A stretch of 47,992 nt of DNA, the filler included, from Catajapyx aquilonaris (taxonomy: Eukaryota), in assembly GCA_000934665.2 (NCBI GenBank). It is 2 parts of 2 records of this genome, joined end to end, with 100 filler letters (N's around TTAATTAATTAA, not from the genome) between each part and the next. Parts side by side here need not be neighbours in the genome. Positions count along the whole stretch, not along the records: positions 24,048 to 47,992 come from JYFJ02005594.1; 1 more part is not named here. The stretch is one strand, 5' to 3'. Positions 24,579 through 37,592 of the stretch are shown here, piece after piece. Position 1 is the first letter of the stretch. Each line of letters begins with the position of its first letter. The notes beneath the pieces were generated by a model. It did not search any database and was not told the origin of the DNA. It was given only the letters and a program-made list of their open reading frames with translations. A program made the translations under genes and the position numbers.

Positions 24579-24697
24579 TAGGTGACATGGCCAACTTCCG
24601 GTGACCCGCCACTTCTGGCTTTCCGGGACCAGTCTACTTGAAAGAACGAGAAAAGAGTCTATTCTAATCACGCTCACGTGATTTGCCAATCTTGTTT
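24579..24697 (+). mobile_element. Fragment of a DINE-1/HINE-like element
   Basis: Matches two segments of 35779-36283 (ATGG.CAACTTCCGGTGA.CCGCCACTTCTG and TAATCAC.CTCACGTGATTTGCCA.TCTTGTTT). Confidence 0.6.
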
Positions 24698-27014
24698 TAC
24701 TGAAAGGAATGTTTTTGCTCTTCTACTGGTATAACCTACAAGACTATTTAAAAAAAATGATGGCAAGAAAAATAATGGTAGGGCTATATTTCTTTCTTAA
24801 TTATCTATTTATGCCAGGACAATTGCCTTTTTGGCATTAAAAAGTCGATCATGATGATATACAGGGTGTTTCTTAATCATGGTTCAGCATTAAGTCATAG
24901 TTACCAACGGATCACTTCCTGTGGAGATGTCTGGTCTTAGATGCAATAGTCTTGAAACACAATTTGGTTAAAAAATCCTGGAAGACGTGCTTCCCTCCTC
25001 GTGGCATTGTCTTTTCATGTAACACGTAGGTGTTACCACGCACTTTTAATTAAACTGCTATCTCATTATGTGCACAGCAGGGAGTCGCCGAGGAAATGGT
25101 AGTGTTGTAGCCTCTATTCACACTTTACGAGATAGTTATAGGACAGCTCTTGGACTATTTGTTCTGCTCATAAGAGTACATGTATGGCACCCCAGTTCGG
25201 ATTATTAAAATTTACAACAAGAGAACTGACTAAAATCCCATAGGAGTAAATTCCTTTCAGATGCTGATAACACATAATAAGATGCAGATGCTACAAAATA
25301 ATAAGTTCAAGTGGATTAGGTATGTCCAGAGTAAAGCTAGACCAGCAGGAGCCCATGCAGCAACAGCAGCAGCAACATCGCTTTGCAAAGGTTCATCCAA
25401 CCCTATTTTGCGCAAGCGTGCCTGGAATATATTCCAGGTCCCCTTTCCCTATCCATGCAGGCAGGACCCAAGCCAATATAGTGCAAATTAGTGAGGCAGC
25501 AATAAGGCTTCGATTGCCATAGGGTATAGGGAAAGAGAAAGAGTATAGAAGGTGGGAGGGGAAAGGAGCCTTGCCACTATCATTACACATGGAGAATCAG
25601 TATTCCTCATTCCCCTGAAGGTATAGGTCGACTATAGGTCCAAGGTATAGGGTAGGCTCTATATCCTGTGGCAGGAGTGTCACCTACAGCCATGATTGTA
25701 GCTGGCGCCCAGGGAATGAAGGGCCTCCTTGCTGGAGATAGTGTCTTATCTGGGGTGCGCAGACATTAAGAAGTAATAGTCTAGTACTGTACGTAAAGGC
25801 CCCTGGGGCTAAATATCACAGGCGGCGTGTGGCGTGAGCAGCTACCTTTCGGGTCCCAAACTTTTCCGCACTTAATCTAGGGAAGGGTCAGAAAAGCGCT
25901 TTTAGTCATGCCACCTCCAATGCTAATCTGGCGTTAGGCTCTTAATCATAAACCACTATTGAAGGGAAGCGTGAAATATAGGACAAACTATGATTCATTT
26001 GTTTTCAGAAACTAATTTAACGACTACGAATCGCCTGCACACTGTGTGCTACTTTTTATAAATAGTACGTATATTCTCTGGTCACAGAAGCCTATGATAG
26101 CTAGGATGCAGCTAATTAACCTACATTACGGTTTTCAGAAAGAATGTGATATCGCATGCACATACAGGCTGTCCCAGCTGAATCTTGCTAGTGTTCAAGT
26201 GCAATTTTTGCCTGCCCTCATTCATTCACCTCCGCTTCATTTATCATGGAATTTCAGGATTTTATTCTCACTCTTGCAAGTGTGCTTCATTACACCGCGC
26301 AGATGTATCAGTGGAGGCCCGGATACTGTATATATAAATACATTTTTCATGCAGCCTATTTTGGAAGTCCTGTCATATAACAAGCTATCAAAATACTCCT
26401 TCCAATGTATTCTGCATCAAAATGCAAAATAAGGAGAAAAAAAACCATGCTGTGGTTTCCAAACCGATCATGAGAAACGTAATTTTCACTGCAACTGCTA
26501 TGCGTTTAGATAGAGAAGAGTATGTTTATCCACAGAGAAACATCATGATCTTTATAAATATATAAGTGATTGCAATTTTACAGGTCTGTCTTCCGCGAGA
26601 ATGGAACGAAGTAAGAGGGTACTTTGTTTATGAAGAATGAGTCTACAATCATACCCTGATTTACACTTTCCGTAGAATATCCTACATAGTACTTGCTTCT
26701 ATGCAGGACCACCCATAAAAGAGCCTAACAATAATTACAGTATTACATCCATGGGTAGATGGAAGTAACAATTGTGATGTGTGTGAGGCGCTCAGATGAA
26801 CATAACTAATTTAAAAACATCTAGCCACTCTCTTGACACGACAAAATGACGTTTATGAGAAAATGTGTGTAGTCCTGAGTTATAAAAATTTTACATATTT
26901 TTACCCCTGAATCTATTAATATTTCACAGCACCATGTCAGCATCATTCATGTTCGGAAACAATGTCACGGTCTTGCCTCAGCCTACAGCTTCCTGGCAGT
27001 GCTGTTTCACTATA

Positions 27015-27016
<2 letters not shown>

Positions 27017-27059
<43 letters not shown>

Positions 27060-27065
27060 CCTCTC
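27017..27065. repeat. (CT)n/(GA)n microsatellite
   Basis: About 19 perfect CT units followed by degenerate units. Confidence 0.95.
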
Positions 27066-29270
27066 GTCGTAGATCTTAAACATATAAGAAATGTGCACCC
27101 GGGGGAGTTCACAAAATGACCAATATGCGACATTGCACTTGCACATCCCCTCATATTGACCCTTGGAACAATTAAATAATATAAATATTATATGGTTTCA
27201 AAAAATTGTGGTATTCCACTCCCCTAAAAAGGGCCCAAGGCTCGATAATGGGGTACAGTAAAAATAATAATAATAAGAAGAAGAAATGTGTCCAACTAAA
27301 CGCCGATATAGGCGATAATATGGGTCACGAGAAAGAAACTACACACTACAACCATTATATTCCGCTTGCGTGTCGTTTCATGTTTAGTATCATCGGTTTC
27401 ACAATCCACAGACACGATTCTCACAGAATCTGGTGCAAACAGTACCATGGAGTTCTCTCCCCCCCCCCCATTTTTTTGCAGCCCACGCCCTCCCCCCGTT
27501 CACAAAAGAAAGGCCGGCCTGTAATTTACCTGCAAATTGACCTATTGATTGAAGTGCCCAAGTTGTGCCCCACAAGATATGGATTACATTATAATACGTA
27601 GTCGCAACTCTTTGGCTGCATTTTGACTGGCGAAAAAAGTTTCCCACAGGCTGATACTTCCCCTCACATACTAACGTGTGAGTTACAATGTGTGCCTAAG
27701 ATTTTCAGATCAATACTGTATTAGGAGACAAACAGACTATAGTCCTGAAACTATCCAATACAGGGCGTTTTTAGAAGTGTCTCTTCTAATCCGGTGGCAA
27801 GTGAATACCTTGGCTCAAAACCAGTTTTATTGCTTTGTAGTTTTGCGTGAAATGTAATCAGGCTATAAACAGCCTATTTTATTTCGAGTCTTCGCATGTC
27901 GATAAATAATATAGTCTTAGGCATTCCCACATAATTATACAGCTGTATGTATGGGTGTATGTACTGTATGTATTTCAAATATTTGCCGGGGGCCTAATAA
28001 TAGGCTTGCATTATCATTTTGTTTGCCTGACACAATTTGGACTACACCAATATAAATTGGTATTATCACGGAGCTTGATTTCATCGCACTCAAACACAGA
28101 TTGTACCATTTAAATCAGTCGCTTTGTTTTTCTCATTTCGAAGCGTAAATTTCATTTTGACCAGTGCAATAATTATTTTCAAATAATAGTCCCAATACGC
28201 AGATGGCAGATCCCCACATATTTGAAGCTCGCACGCATGCTCCAACAATAGTTCCGGTCGAGTAGAAGATGACCATATCTAATACGGGACACATCTGGTG
28301 TCCGAGTATTGGATGGAGCCAGGAGTGGATTGGCCCGGGTCGGGTCATCGATATCAGCCCTAGGCTGAATTTGTTGCCTGAAATTCCACCCTCTTTTCTA
28401 CCCGCATGGAATTATTTTTGGCGGATATCTACAGGCACCTAAGTCCACCTACCCCTCAGTGTCAGCCCCTCGCTGTGCTAAGGAAATGTCTTTTCTCCAA
28501 CCCAACGCCCAATATTACCCAAAGTACCGGGTGTTCCGAAACTTGATTTGCTTTCTGCCGAGGAAATGATTGTACCGGCAGATAAACAGATGGATCTGAA
28601 AGCACATGGGGCGAAAGGTCAACCCGAGTCCACATTTAGAATAAAGCCCCGTGCAAAGGTGCAACTCCCCGCAGACATTGCGCACGCCATTACAAAGGTT
28701 ATAAAGTGTTTCCTGCTACGACCTGGCGCGTGAAATCATAAAAGGGACCACCGACGGATCTTTTTTTCCGTCGTAGGCGCGTATGGCTGTCAGTCATTTC
28801 GAATGCACGCGAGGAGAAGGAAGTAGAGAGAAAAAAAATGAGCAGGGGTGGAGGGGGGTAGGGGTGGAAGCACACCTGTCACACAAAATCAGAGCAATTT
28901 TTTTAAGTACCAGAGGGCTGGAATAAATTTTGCTTCTAGGCTTTTTATGCTATATGGCTGAATGATAAGTAGTGACAAATGATGAATGCGACAAGAACAG
29001 ACTGGTCCTGTGCATTCACCTCACTCTTCGACGTACTCCTCGCATACACAGGTGTTGGGTAATCTAACAAAGAAGACGTTTCTATTGGTACCATTTTTGC
29101 CCAGCGCCTGGTTCTATGAGACGTTTCTTGTGTTTCGGCTAAATCCGATAAGTAGGAGACTTCTCTCGGAGAAAACAGTCTATTGTCGGAGACATTACAT
29201 ACTTGAGGCTACTTGAGTGGCGGACATAAGAAGCACAATCTCATCTATCCTTGTAACATCCCAGAAAGTC

Positions 29271-29688
29271 TTTTTGACGTGAATACGTCTTTAAAATCGG
29301 GTCCGTATAGAGGGGGGGCATGCAGGCAAACTCGAGCGTTACAGAAAAGTGTTACAGTCTACTATAGCCGAGTCTACTATATCCGAAGTGGCATGTGAGT
29401 GTTAGTCACTCACTATAACCCTCCCCTATAACACTCACACGCCACTTCGGATATAGTAGACTCGGCCAGGGATCCCTGGCAGGACCCATGGCGGAGCATG
29501 CAGGGGGGCATGCATGGAAATTCTTAGGAGAGTCACCATGAATGTGTCCAGACTTTACGGTCACCATGCATGTGTCCAGACTTTAGGATTACCAGGCATG
29601 TGTCCAGACTTCAATACTGATACTAATAAGCAATCAATTCATTCCCCCCAATACTGATCCGATTTTAAAGACGTATTCACGCCAAAAG
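29271..29688. mobile_element. MITE-like element with ~45-bp TIRs, an internal 100-bp hairpin and a short triple repeat
   Basis: TTTTGACGTGAATACGTCTTTAAAATCGG pairs with CCGATTTTAAAGACGTATTCACGCCAAAA. 29367-29404 pairs with 29429-29466. ATGTGTCCAGACTT occurs three times at 29540-29612. Confidence 0.8.
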
Positions 29689-32659
29689 ATGCGGCTTGTG
29701 TTCCAGACACAACCTAATGTGATTTTTTAAAATGGAAGATAAACCCACCTTTACGACAAATCATGCATGTAATCGAATATTTGCCATATTTCATAAATTA
29801 AATAGCCTACAGCTTATTCAGTATTTCACAGGCCTCACTGTGTGGTCATTTCCCCACTTTCCCTGTTTTTGCAGCAAGGTAAACAAGTGGTGTCTATAAA
29901 GCGGGTTTTTAATCGGATGTTGTAGAATTGGATCGGGTATGACCGGATGGGGTCAATATGGCAGAATTCGGGGGGTGGTAGTTTGAGGTTGAAACATCCG
30001 CCCACCTCCCACGCCAAAATATCGAATATTTCCCCAAAATTCATATGCCGACTGTAAATGAGATGTTCCAATTTATCGGAAAGCGCCATGACTTTTAGGG
30101 GAGTGATTGGACAACGCAAAATCTGACGATGGGGCGGTTGATTAAGTGAAAGTTTAAAAAGTAATTTCCGATTATGCATTAGGCGTATTATTGAAATTCC
30201 AAAATTTACCATACATTAGTGCCTATGCCCCTTTGAATCTTTGGAGTCCAGACCTTTTCAGAAACCGGTTCGAATCAGAGATAGGCACCATTCACTCTAA
30301 TTCGTGAGCACTAGTGTTACCAGCTGCTGTTCCATTCAAAATTCATTTGTGAGGCATCAAATTCAAATGAAGACCTGAAATCTAGAATGTCAGTCACAAT
30401 CGATTGATTTTGAAAAATTGAAGTGTGATTATAAATTATTGTATTATCTTTTACATGAGTTACTTTTCAAACATTTCTCTAGAGAACTGTAATTGTTCAA
30501 ACATAACAAACACTGACTTGACCGTCAGAATGCAAGTTTAAGGACACACAAGGTCCAACTCAATATGGTTCAAAATGATTTCAGCTCTTCAATTCCATTC
30601 TCATTCTATTATTTTCCATTTACTTCATCACTATTCAATTCTACTCACGTCCATTGTTCATCGAATTGAGCTTTCCATCGATTAACTAATGTCATGCATT
30701 CATTCATTGTCCTTTCCCATTCCATTCATCTCAATTCATCATAATGATTTGATTCCCATTTGGAATGGAATTATGCACATCCCACAGTTGAACATTAAGA
30801 GAGACAGAAGCCGCATGTATGCAACCATGACAGGTTTCAGGGGAATATATAGGCTACCCACTGCTGTGTTAGAGGGTTGGGTAAGTCTTCAACATTGGTC
30901 TTCAAGACAGCGAGGGGTAAAGAATACTATCAAACCTGAATGCGCAAGGTTAACTTCATATTTGGGTGTATGTTTTCTCAGCATAACAATACACATTTCC
31001 AGACTGAAGCAGAATAGAACATTTCTGCTTGTTAGTAAGTTCGTAAAATGGATTCACTTCGCATAGCTTCTCAGGCTTTTCACTGCTTATCGACTGCTGG
31101 AGCACAGTAGCTGAATGACTCGGCCAGAAAATCTTGGCCTTCGTCCGATATACTGTGATTGACGTTTTTAAGGGGGTAACTGCTGGAAAGCAGAACGCGG
31201 CAGGCCTGTTAGGAAGTTTCCACATCTTCAGCGAGGTAATCCCACTGCAGAGTAAGATTCTTGCAAAAAAGATATTGACTGCCAGCTGCGAAGCTAGTTA
31301 TACGTATATCTATAACGAAGGTGATGTTCTGCTGTGTGTGATTTCAGAATAATGTTGACAGCGACATTCTCATGCATGAAAAGGGTGAAATTCAATCGGT
31401 GTGTCCTAATGGTCATATGAGTCGACCCTAAACATGTGAAGCATATTATTTTCAGGGGCTTAGTCTACTAAACGAAAGAGTGATTATGTGGCAAAACTGA
31501 AACAAAGACCATGGAAAGTGAAATATTAAACAATTTCCATATGGAAGATTCCGCTTCATTACTGTAGTAATGTGTACACTGTACAATCATAGTGATAATG
31601 ACATGAATATATTAGTTTTGAAATAGTTGTGTATTTTCATCGTGCTTATGCAGTAATTATTAAAACGGTCCTATCAGACAACAAAAATTCGGGCAAACGT
31701 ATCCTGGCCCTGTACAACTGTTCTAAGATGAATTCTATATGAAAAATGTCAGAGTGATGATGGTCATAATTACAGTACCAGGACATGTTGCTTTTGACAA
31801 TTAGTACACCAAATTACGAATGTGCATTTAATTTCCGCTTACAAATACTCTCGTGGCAACTCAAACCCTTGCTCAAACCTGCCCGCCGAGGCTCTTTCCC
31901 TCACTCAGTTTACACGTGACAGACATTTGTGACCCGCTTCTGGGCCTCGTGAGGAATCCCTTCCCACTCGCAACCACAGTCACTCAAGTTTCGATGTGCA
32001 GTGTACACTATAGTAGACTATACTGTGTGGTAATAAAAACCTGTTCAGAGTTACCTAAAATTGGACTTACGTATAATGTTGCTGAACGATTAACTTACGT
32101 AAGTCGGGGGGTTGCATGTATAGCCTATTGCATATTATGGTTAAGGTTGCTCTACAAAGTCTTTGAATTTAATAGGGTAGTAAGACCAGGCTGCTTCACA
32201 CACCGCCTTATAAACCTAATTATATTGGGGGAAATTAAGTTATGCATAATTGAACGCCGCTTGGAAACTCGTTAATATGGTATCAAAGATACAAAGTCAC
32301 CTTTATACCAGAAGCATTTTCCAAAATCTAAATGTTATATACCCAGATGCAATTAGTATGCAAGAATAAATTACGTTCCCTGAACTGCCACCCTATTATG
32401 AAGCGCTGACGCTGTTTTCTTAGTACAAAAACACAACAAATGCAAAAAAAATGACATATGACTGTAGTGTAATAGTTTTACAAAATTTCACTTTCTTGAT
32501 TAGTCCTATACGGCATTCCCTGTTTCTTAGTGGACAAATGTGTAATTCATAATACCGGTATATTTCCAATCGTCAGCATGGGTGGATCATTGAAAGCAGG
32601 GTGGAATTTTTTCAGAATCACGGGAGCAAATAAACTCAAAGCACAAATATTCCCCATAT

Positions 32660-32914
32660 AATAATAATAATAATTCATAGTAATTCTTAATTCATATCCC
32701 GTTATCAGCCTTTTTCGGCTCTTTAGGGGGGAAGTTTTCTTTTGCCTGGAACTCTTTGCTTTCATTTACTGCACTTTTTGGGATAGGATAGGGATGGAAG
32801 GACCGTGGGAAACCACAGAAAACCATGGTCAGAGTTGCCGGCCCCGGGATTCGAACCCAGGACCTCCCGATTAGCAGTCGGACGCCTTATCCACTATGCC
32901 AACCTGCTTCGGTC
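32660..32914 (-). mobile_element. Full-length tRNA-derived SINE (255 bp)
   Basis: Head with A box TGGCATAGTGG and B box GGTTCGAATCC, body GGTTTTCTGTGGTTTCCC, (TTA)n tail. Exact 14-bp TSD AATATTCCCCATAT at 32646-32659 and 32915-32928. Confidence 0.9.
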
Positions 32915-33305
32915 AATATTCCCCATATGTCACTAATATTACACCACATTTTAGAAAAATCACCAATACTCAATTCGACGTTACATAACAAGAACAACAT
33001 TAGAATTTCTACTCGTAAACTCTAAATTATCTGAGTAAGCGGCGATGATCATCAAGCTGGCGTCAACTGGCTGTCAAGTAGGAGTCCAAGTTACTCAAGG
33101 AGATAACTTATATTTCTTACCATCATTCCCAATGAGTCACCTCTAGATGAGAATGTCTATCGATAAATTAAGCGGAATATGATAAGCTCATGAAAAATCA
33201 TGTTGTGTAGCCCTTTGCAGTCATCTCATTCCAAAAAACCGACCAATGTACTGTACAACATGTAGCATTTTCGTATTAAAAATTCAGTCAGTAATGTAAA
33301 TGTGT

Positions 33306-33944
33306 GGCTCAAACCACGAAAACGGCCATTGAGCGAAAAAACCGAGCATTTCGCGAAATGCCCGATTTCAAACCATCCATTTTGCGAAATTCTCATTTTA
33401 GGGGTGGCAAGGGGTAGCGAAAATAAAATAAATAAAAATAAATGCTCATTTTAAAACGAGCATATCGCGAAATGCTCGTTTTAAAACGAGAAGACCCCGA
33501 AATGCTGTTTAAAACATCTATCACGCTTTTCTGGACTACGCAAAAATGTCAGGACGCGAAATTAGTGCCGTGGTCGTGGTCGTGACTGGTTCAGAAAAAG
33601 CCCATGCTGCGCTCTCTTATTGTCTCTTGTTACATCAGTCTCTTGTTTCCCACTACGCCAAGTATAGATGCTGGAATCACTTTACCCTATTGTTATCTAC
33701 ATGGCGTAGTGTGTAACACGAAACTATCACAACGCGTTATGGGCTTTTTCTGGAGCAGTCACGACACTAATTTCGCGTCCTGACATGTTTATGTAGTCAA
33801 GAAAAGCGTTCTGGCCCTTTTAAACAGAGAATTTCTGAGTCTGCCCGTTTTAAAATGCACATTTCGCGGAATGGATGGCTTAAAAAACGCATTCCGGGAA
33901 AGGCTCGGTTTTTTCGCTCAATGGACGTTTTCGGGGTTTGCGCC
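33306..33944. mobile_element. ~640-bp palindromic MITE with GGC...GCC termini
   Basis: GGCTCAAACCACGAAAACGGCCATTGAGCGAAAAAACCGAGC pairs with GCTCGGTTTTTTCGCTCAATGGACGTTTTCGGGGTTTGCGCC. Inner arms 33523-33604 pair with 33739-33809. Confidence 0.85.
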
Positions 33945-34154
33945 TAACATGAAGACTCCAAAGTCGAAACAAAACAAACACCATAATATATTGCGATAAC
34001 TAAGGTGAAGGTGACAAAATATTTATATGACCTCGGCGTATACCAAAGATAACCTCACATTCCTAAATGAGTTTTTCCCTAGGATAACTGCAAAAGTTGA
34101 TTATCAGAGGCATAAATACATGCAGGAATAAAATGGAAGCAAGATACCTATTAA

Positions 34155-34860
34155 CCCCTTTGCTACCAGCTAGGCCAAAAACGCTTAGATTTTCGATGGC
34201 GCGTACTCTGGAGATACGGACAAGATATTTTCCAAATAATATTTTCTATACTTGCGCATTCATACAAAACACTATGAATGTGATTGGAACAATTTTCATC
34301 GTCTAGAAGTCCCTAAATTAATTTTCAAAAACATCGCTGTAAAACCTCGATATCCAAGTAGCCTACTATATTATACTGGCCAACTGTTAGGCTGATTTAA
34401 TTATAAAATACATACGAAACATCTACCTTGAGAACCATGATTGAAGAATGTGCTGAAATCGTCGTATTTCTCGAGAATTAAATTAACTATTATCTGCTAT
34501 GAGGTTTGCTGGCACTTCGGAAAACTCACAAATTTATTTATTTGTCGCGAAGTACAACGATTTCAGCAAATGCGTCTGGAACGGTTGTCAAGGTAGATCG
34601 GCCGTATATTTAAATATATTTAATAATTAAATCAACCTAACAGCTGGCCTGTCGTACTTGAATGTTGAGGTTTTTCATCGATATTTTTGAAAATTAATTT
34701 AGGGACTTCTAGACGAGGAAAATGGGTCCAAATACCAACCTTAGTGTATTGCATGAACGTGAAAATGTAGCTGATATTATTTTCAAAATATCTTGTCCGT
34801 ATCTTCAGAGTAAGCACAGCGAAAATCTAGGTAGTTTTGGCCTTGCTGGTAGCGAAGGGG
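34155..34860. mobile_element. piggyBac-type MITE, almost entirely palindromic
   Basis: TTAA|CCCCTTTGCTACCAGC...GCTGGTAGCGAAGGGG|TTAA: TTAA TSD and CCC/GGG termini. The arms pair for roughly 300 bp. Confidence 0.9.
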
Positions 34861-35778
34861 TTAAGGAAAACTTTTTTATGAACAATTTACGTTCCTCTCG
34901 CGTTGTAAGTGCAACGAGGATAAAGTTTGTGGAAGAGGCCAGAAAGCTAGTCTGACAAACATATTTATCCCTCGATCATATTGAGGCAGTTAGTTCTGCT
35001 GCGTTGAATATGTAAATATTTGGGACCTTATTCCTCAGTTACAGTTTTCACATAAAAAATGTGCTGAGGTGACATGACATATAATCCACTCTGGAAGAAG
35101 GATCGACCGTACTTAATCACCTAATCGACAAAAGCAATCGAGCGGAATTTAAATATGACAGAGCGTATAAGTAAGGCGAACTTGATCAAAACTGAAAATG
35201 GGTTGGGGAAAGATTTTTCCGGCCATTTCTTTGGCAGTCGGGCAGCCCATACATAAGATTCATTGATTGTAGCGTCGTGAAGACGAGATGGGAAGGAAGT
35301 GGGGCCGAGTTACACAACAACCTTCCTAAGTTATCACAATAAAGAGCTTGGTAATGGAACTCGGGCTCTTCGCCCTTGACGTGTTTATTCCCGCTGGAAA
35401 ATTGATTCACTTGCATAGTCGGTAAGGAAAAGGAGTCGATAAGATGTCCATCACTCTTACTTCCCCACACCGTCTCCTTTCTACAGTATCCACAGCTGCT
35501 GCTTCGATAGAGTGCACTCTTTTGGGCGTTGGAAGCCAGGGCACCTGCAGCTACTAGCCCAGGGACTGGGCTATTAAAATTCTAGATAGAGCCACTAACA
35601 AGTCTAAGGTGCAGTCAAATGCAAGTACGTAAAATTTACAAGTAGATGCACGATGACATCAATCTTGATCAAAAATCCTATATAGCAAATGGTAGCCAAC
35701 AAGATGGAAATGTCATGAATACTGTATGGATACTGTAATTTTAGCTTTTAAACATGAATAGGCTCTACAGTTTTAGAC

Positions 35779-36283
35779 TTTTACTCATCATCGAAAAAAG
35801 TCTTATGGAACAGCTCCGTGTGTCCGTCCCTCTGTCCGTCTGTGAACAGGTATCAGGGCCTCAACCGAAAAAGATAGCGACAAACGGTTTTCAGATTCGG
35901 ATTAAGCGTGACCTAAATACTGTAGGTGTTATGGTCAACTTCCGGTGATCCGCCACTTCTGCTTTTTCGCGTACTCACTCTATCCGCACAAGACTACATT
36001 ACTGGCAGGTTATCGTTGGATTCGCAATATTACTTTCCGTGGATTTCTGACCATGTGTGTCGGGGATTTGCCCAGGGTGTTACCTTTCGCTCTGGAACAG
36101 GGGCTGTGGAATTACTGCCTGACGTTGCACCGGTTTGCAATGCAAGTCATCGGCCGCCATAATTTCAAGCACATACTTGATCGTCAATGTTACTTTCCTT
36201 TTGGGGGGAGGGGGATACCCACGCTTGAAAGAATTAGAAAAAGTGCATTATAATCACACTCACGTGATTTGCCATTCTTGTTT
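35779..36283 (+). mobile_element. DINE-1/HINE (Helentron-associated)-like non-autonomous element
   Basis: Begins in a T run, has a (GTCC/GTCT)-type microsatellite at 35815-35843, a 3' stem-loop AATCAC-ACTCAC-GTGATT, and ends TTCTTGTTT. A partial second copy lies at 24579. Confidence 0.6.
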
Positions 36284-37592
36284 CTCATATACGGTACTGC
36301 ACTGCGGACGCGCGTATATAGCGCTAGGGTACGTTTGTCCTAAGATTTTTTTTGGAGGTAGTAGGTAGTAGTGTAGTTGTGCTGTTATGCATTGATATTT
36401 TTTGAACTGTCTGGTATGCCGCATAAGTTCCCATTTCTAGAAGAATGAAAGTGAAGACGTTATGGACAGTATCCTCCAATCAGTTTGAGCAGAAGCAACC
36501 AATCTTAAAGGTTGCACTTGTTATGTTTGCTTGTTCTATTAGAAATGATTGTTGAATTCAATAATCCATAATGTCTTCTCTTGCTGGTACCTCCTCTTGA
36601 AATATGGACTTGAGCAGTGCCAAGAACGAGAAATCATTTCCAGAACTAGGTTATCAAGAAATAAATACGGTACCCGGTGTATCTGCAGCGAGATAGGAAG
36701 CTTAATGGATTCCTGCACTGTAAACAAATTAATTATCCGGAAACGGTATCTCTTTTGGTCTGAACAACTACGAATTAGGAACCCGCTAGTCTTTGATCTT
36801 TCCTCGAATATTCCCGAGCTGCATAACTACACAGTAATATTATATCTGCATTAGACCAATTAAAGATACAAAAATGAGATAGTCAATATTATTACCTTAT
36901 GAAACCTGTAAGAAGTCTCTAGAGTAGTGAGTAATGCATCCAGGTCCAATTATTGAAATACCCTTGGTGGTTTTTGGACATTACAGAGGCATATCCTTCA
37001 GTATATCACTGAACCCTCTCAAATTGCGTATGTCACTGAAATACTACGGAGCAAAATGTCACCCCTCTGTCCTGCAATGATTGACCCTTGAAAAGGGACA
37101 ACTTTTGTATCAATTTCATTGCTTGAACCGACCTCTAATCATTTGTGCCGTTGCTATGACAGCATAAGAGTGACAAAATTCATTTCAGTTAGTCTACTAA
37201 ATAACTCACTTTTTCCGGTAATCCAACAATCATGCAAGTTACTTTTTTCGATAAGTGTCAGGTAAATTTTTTTAACACTACATCATCTCCCTACTTTGAT
37301 TCTGCCTTAAACACTCAGATTGCCACTGTGAGTCCTAATGATATAGTGCAAGGTCTAGTATGATAAATAGTGATAAATATGTACTTTAAATTGCTCGGCA
37401 ACACTTATATTTGCAAGTTAAATAAGCAGGTTCGCGCAAGGGATGCATAACTAAATGCTACGATATTAGCCTATATACCAGTGGTTCTCAACCCTTTTCG
37501 GGGCCCGACCCCCTTTTATGATAGTCAAGTAACCTGCGATCCTCCCCCTCTCCGAGTGTTAGTAGGTGTTGAAAAAAACCTTTGCGATGAAA

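Noticed and set aside
27017..27065. (GA)n as a GAGA-factor/PRE element
   Set aside because: An ordinary microsatellite with no accompanying Pho-site cluster.
36549..36854. Possible LINE C-terminal remnant (SRNKYGTRCI...)
   Set aside because: The resemblance is too weak to call without a profile search.
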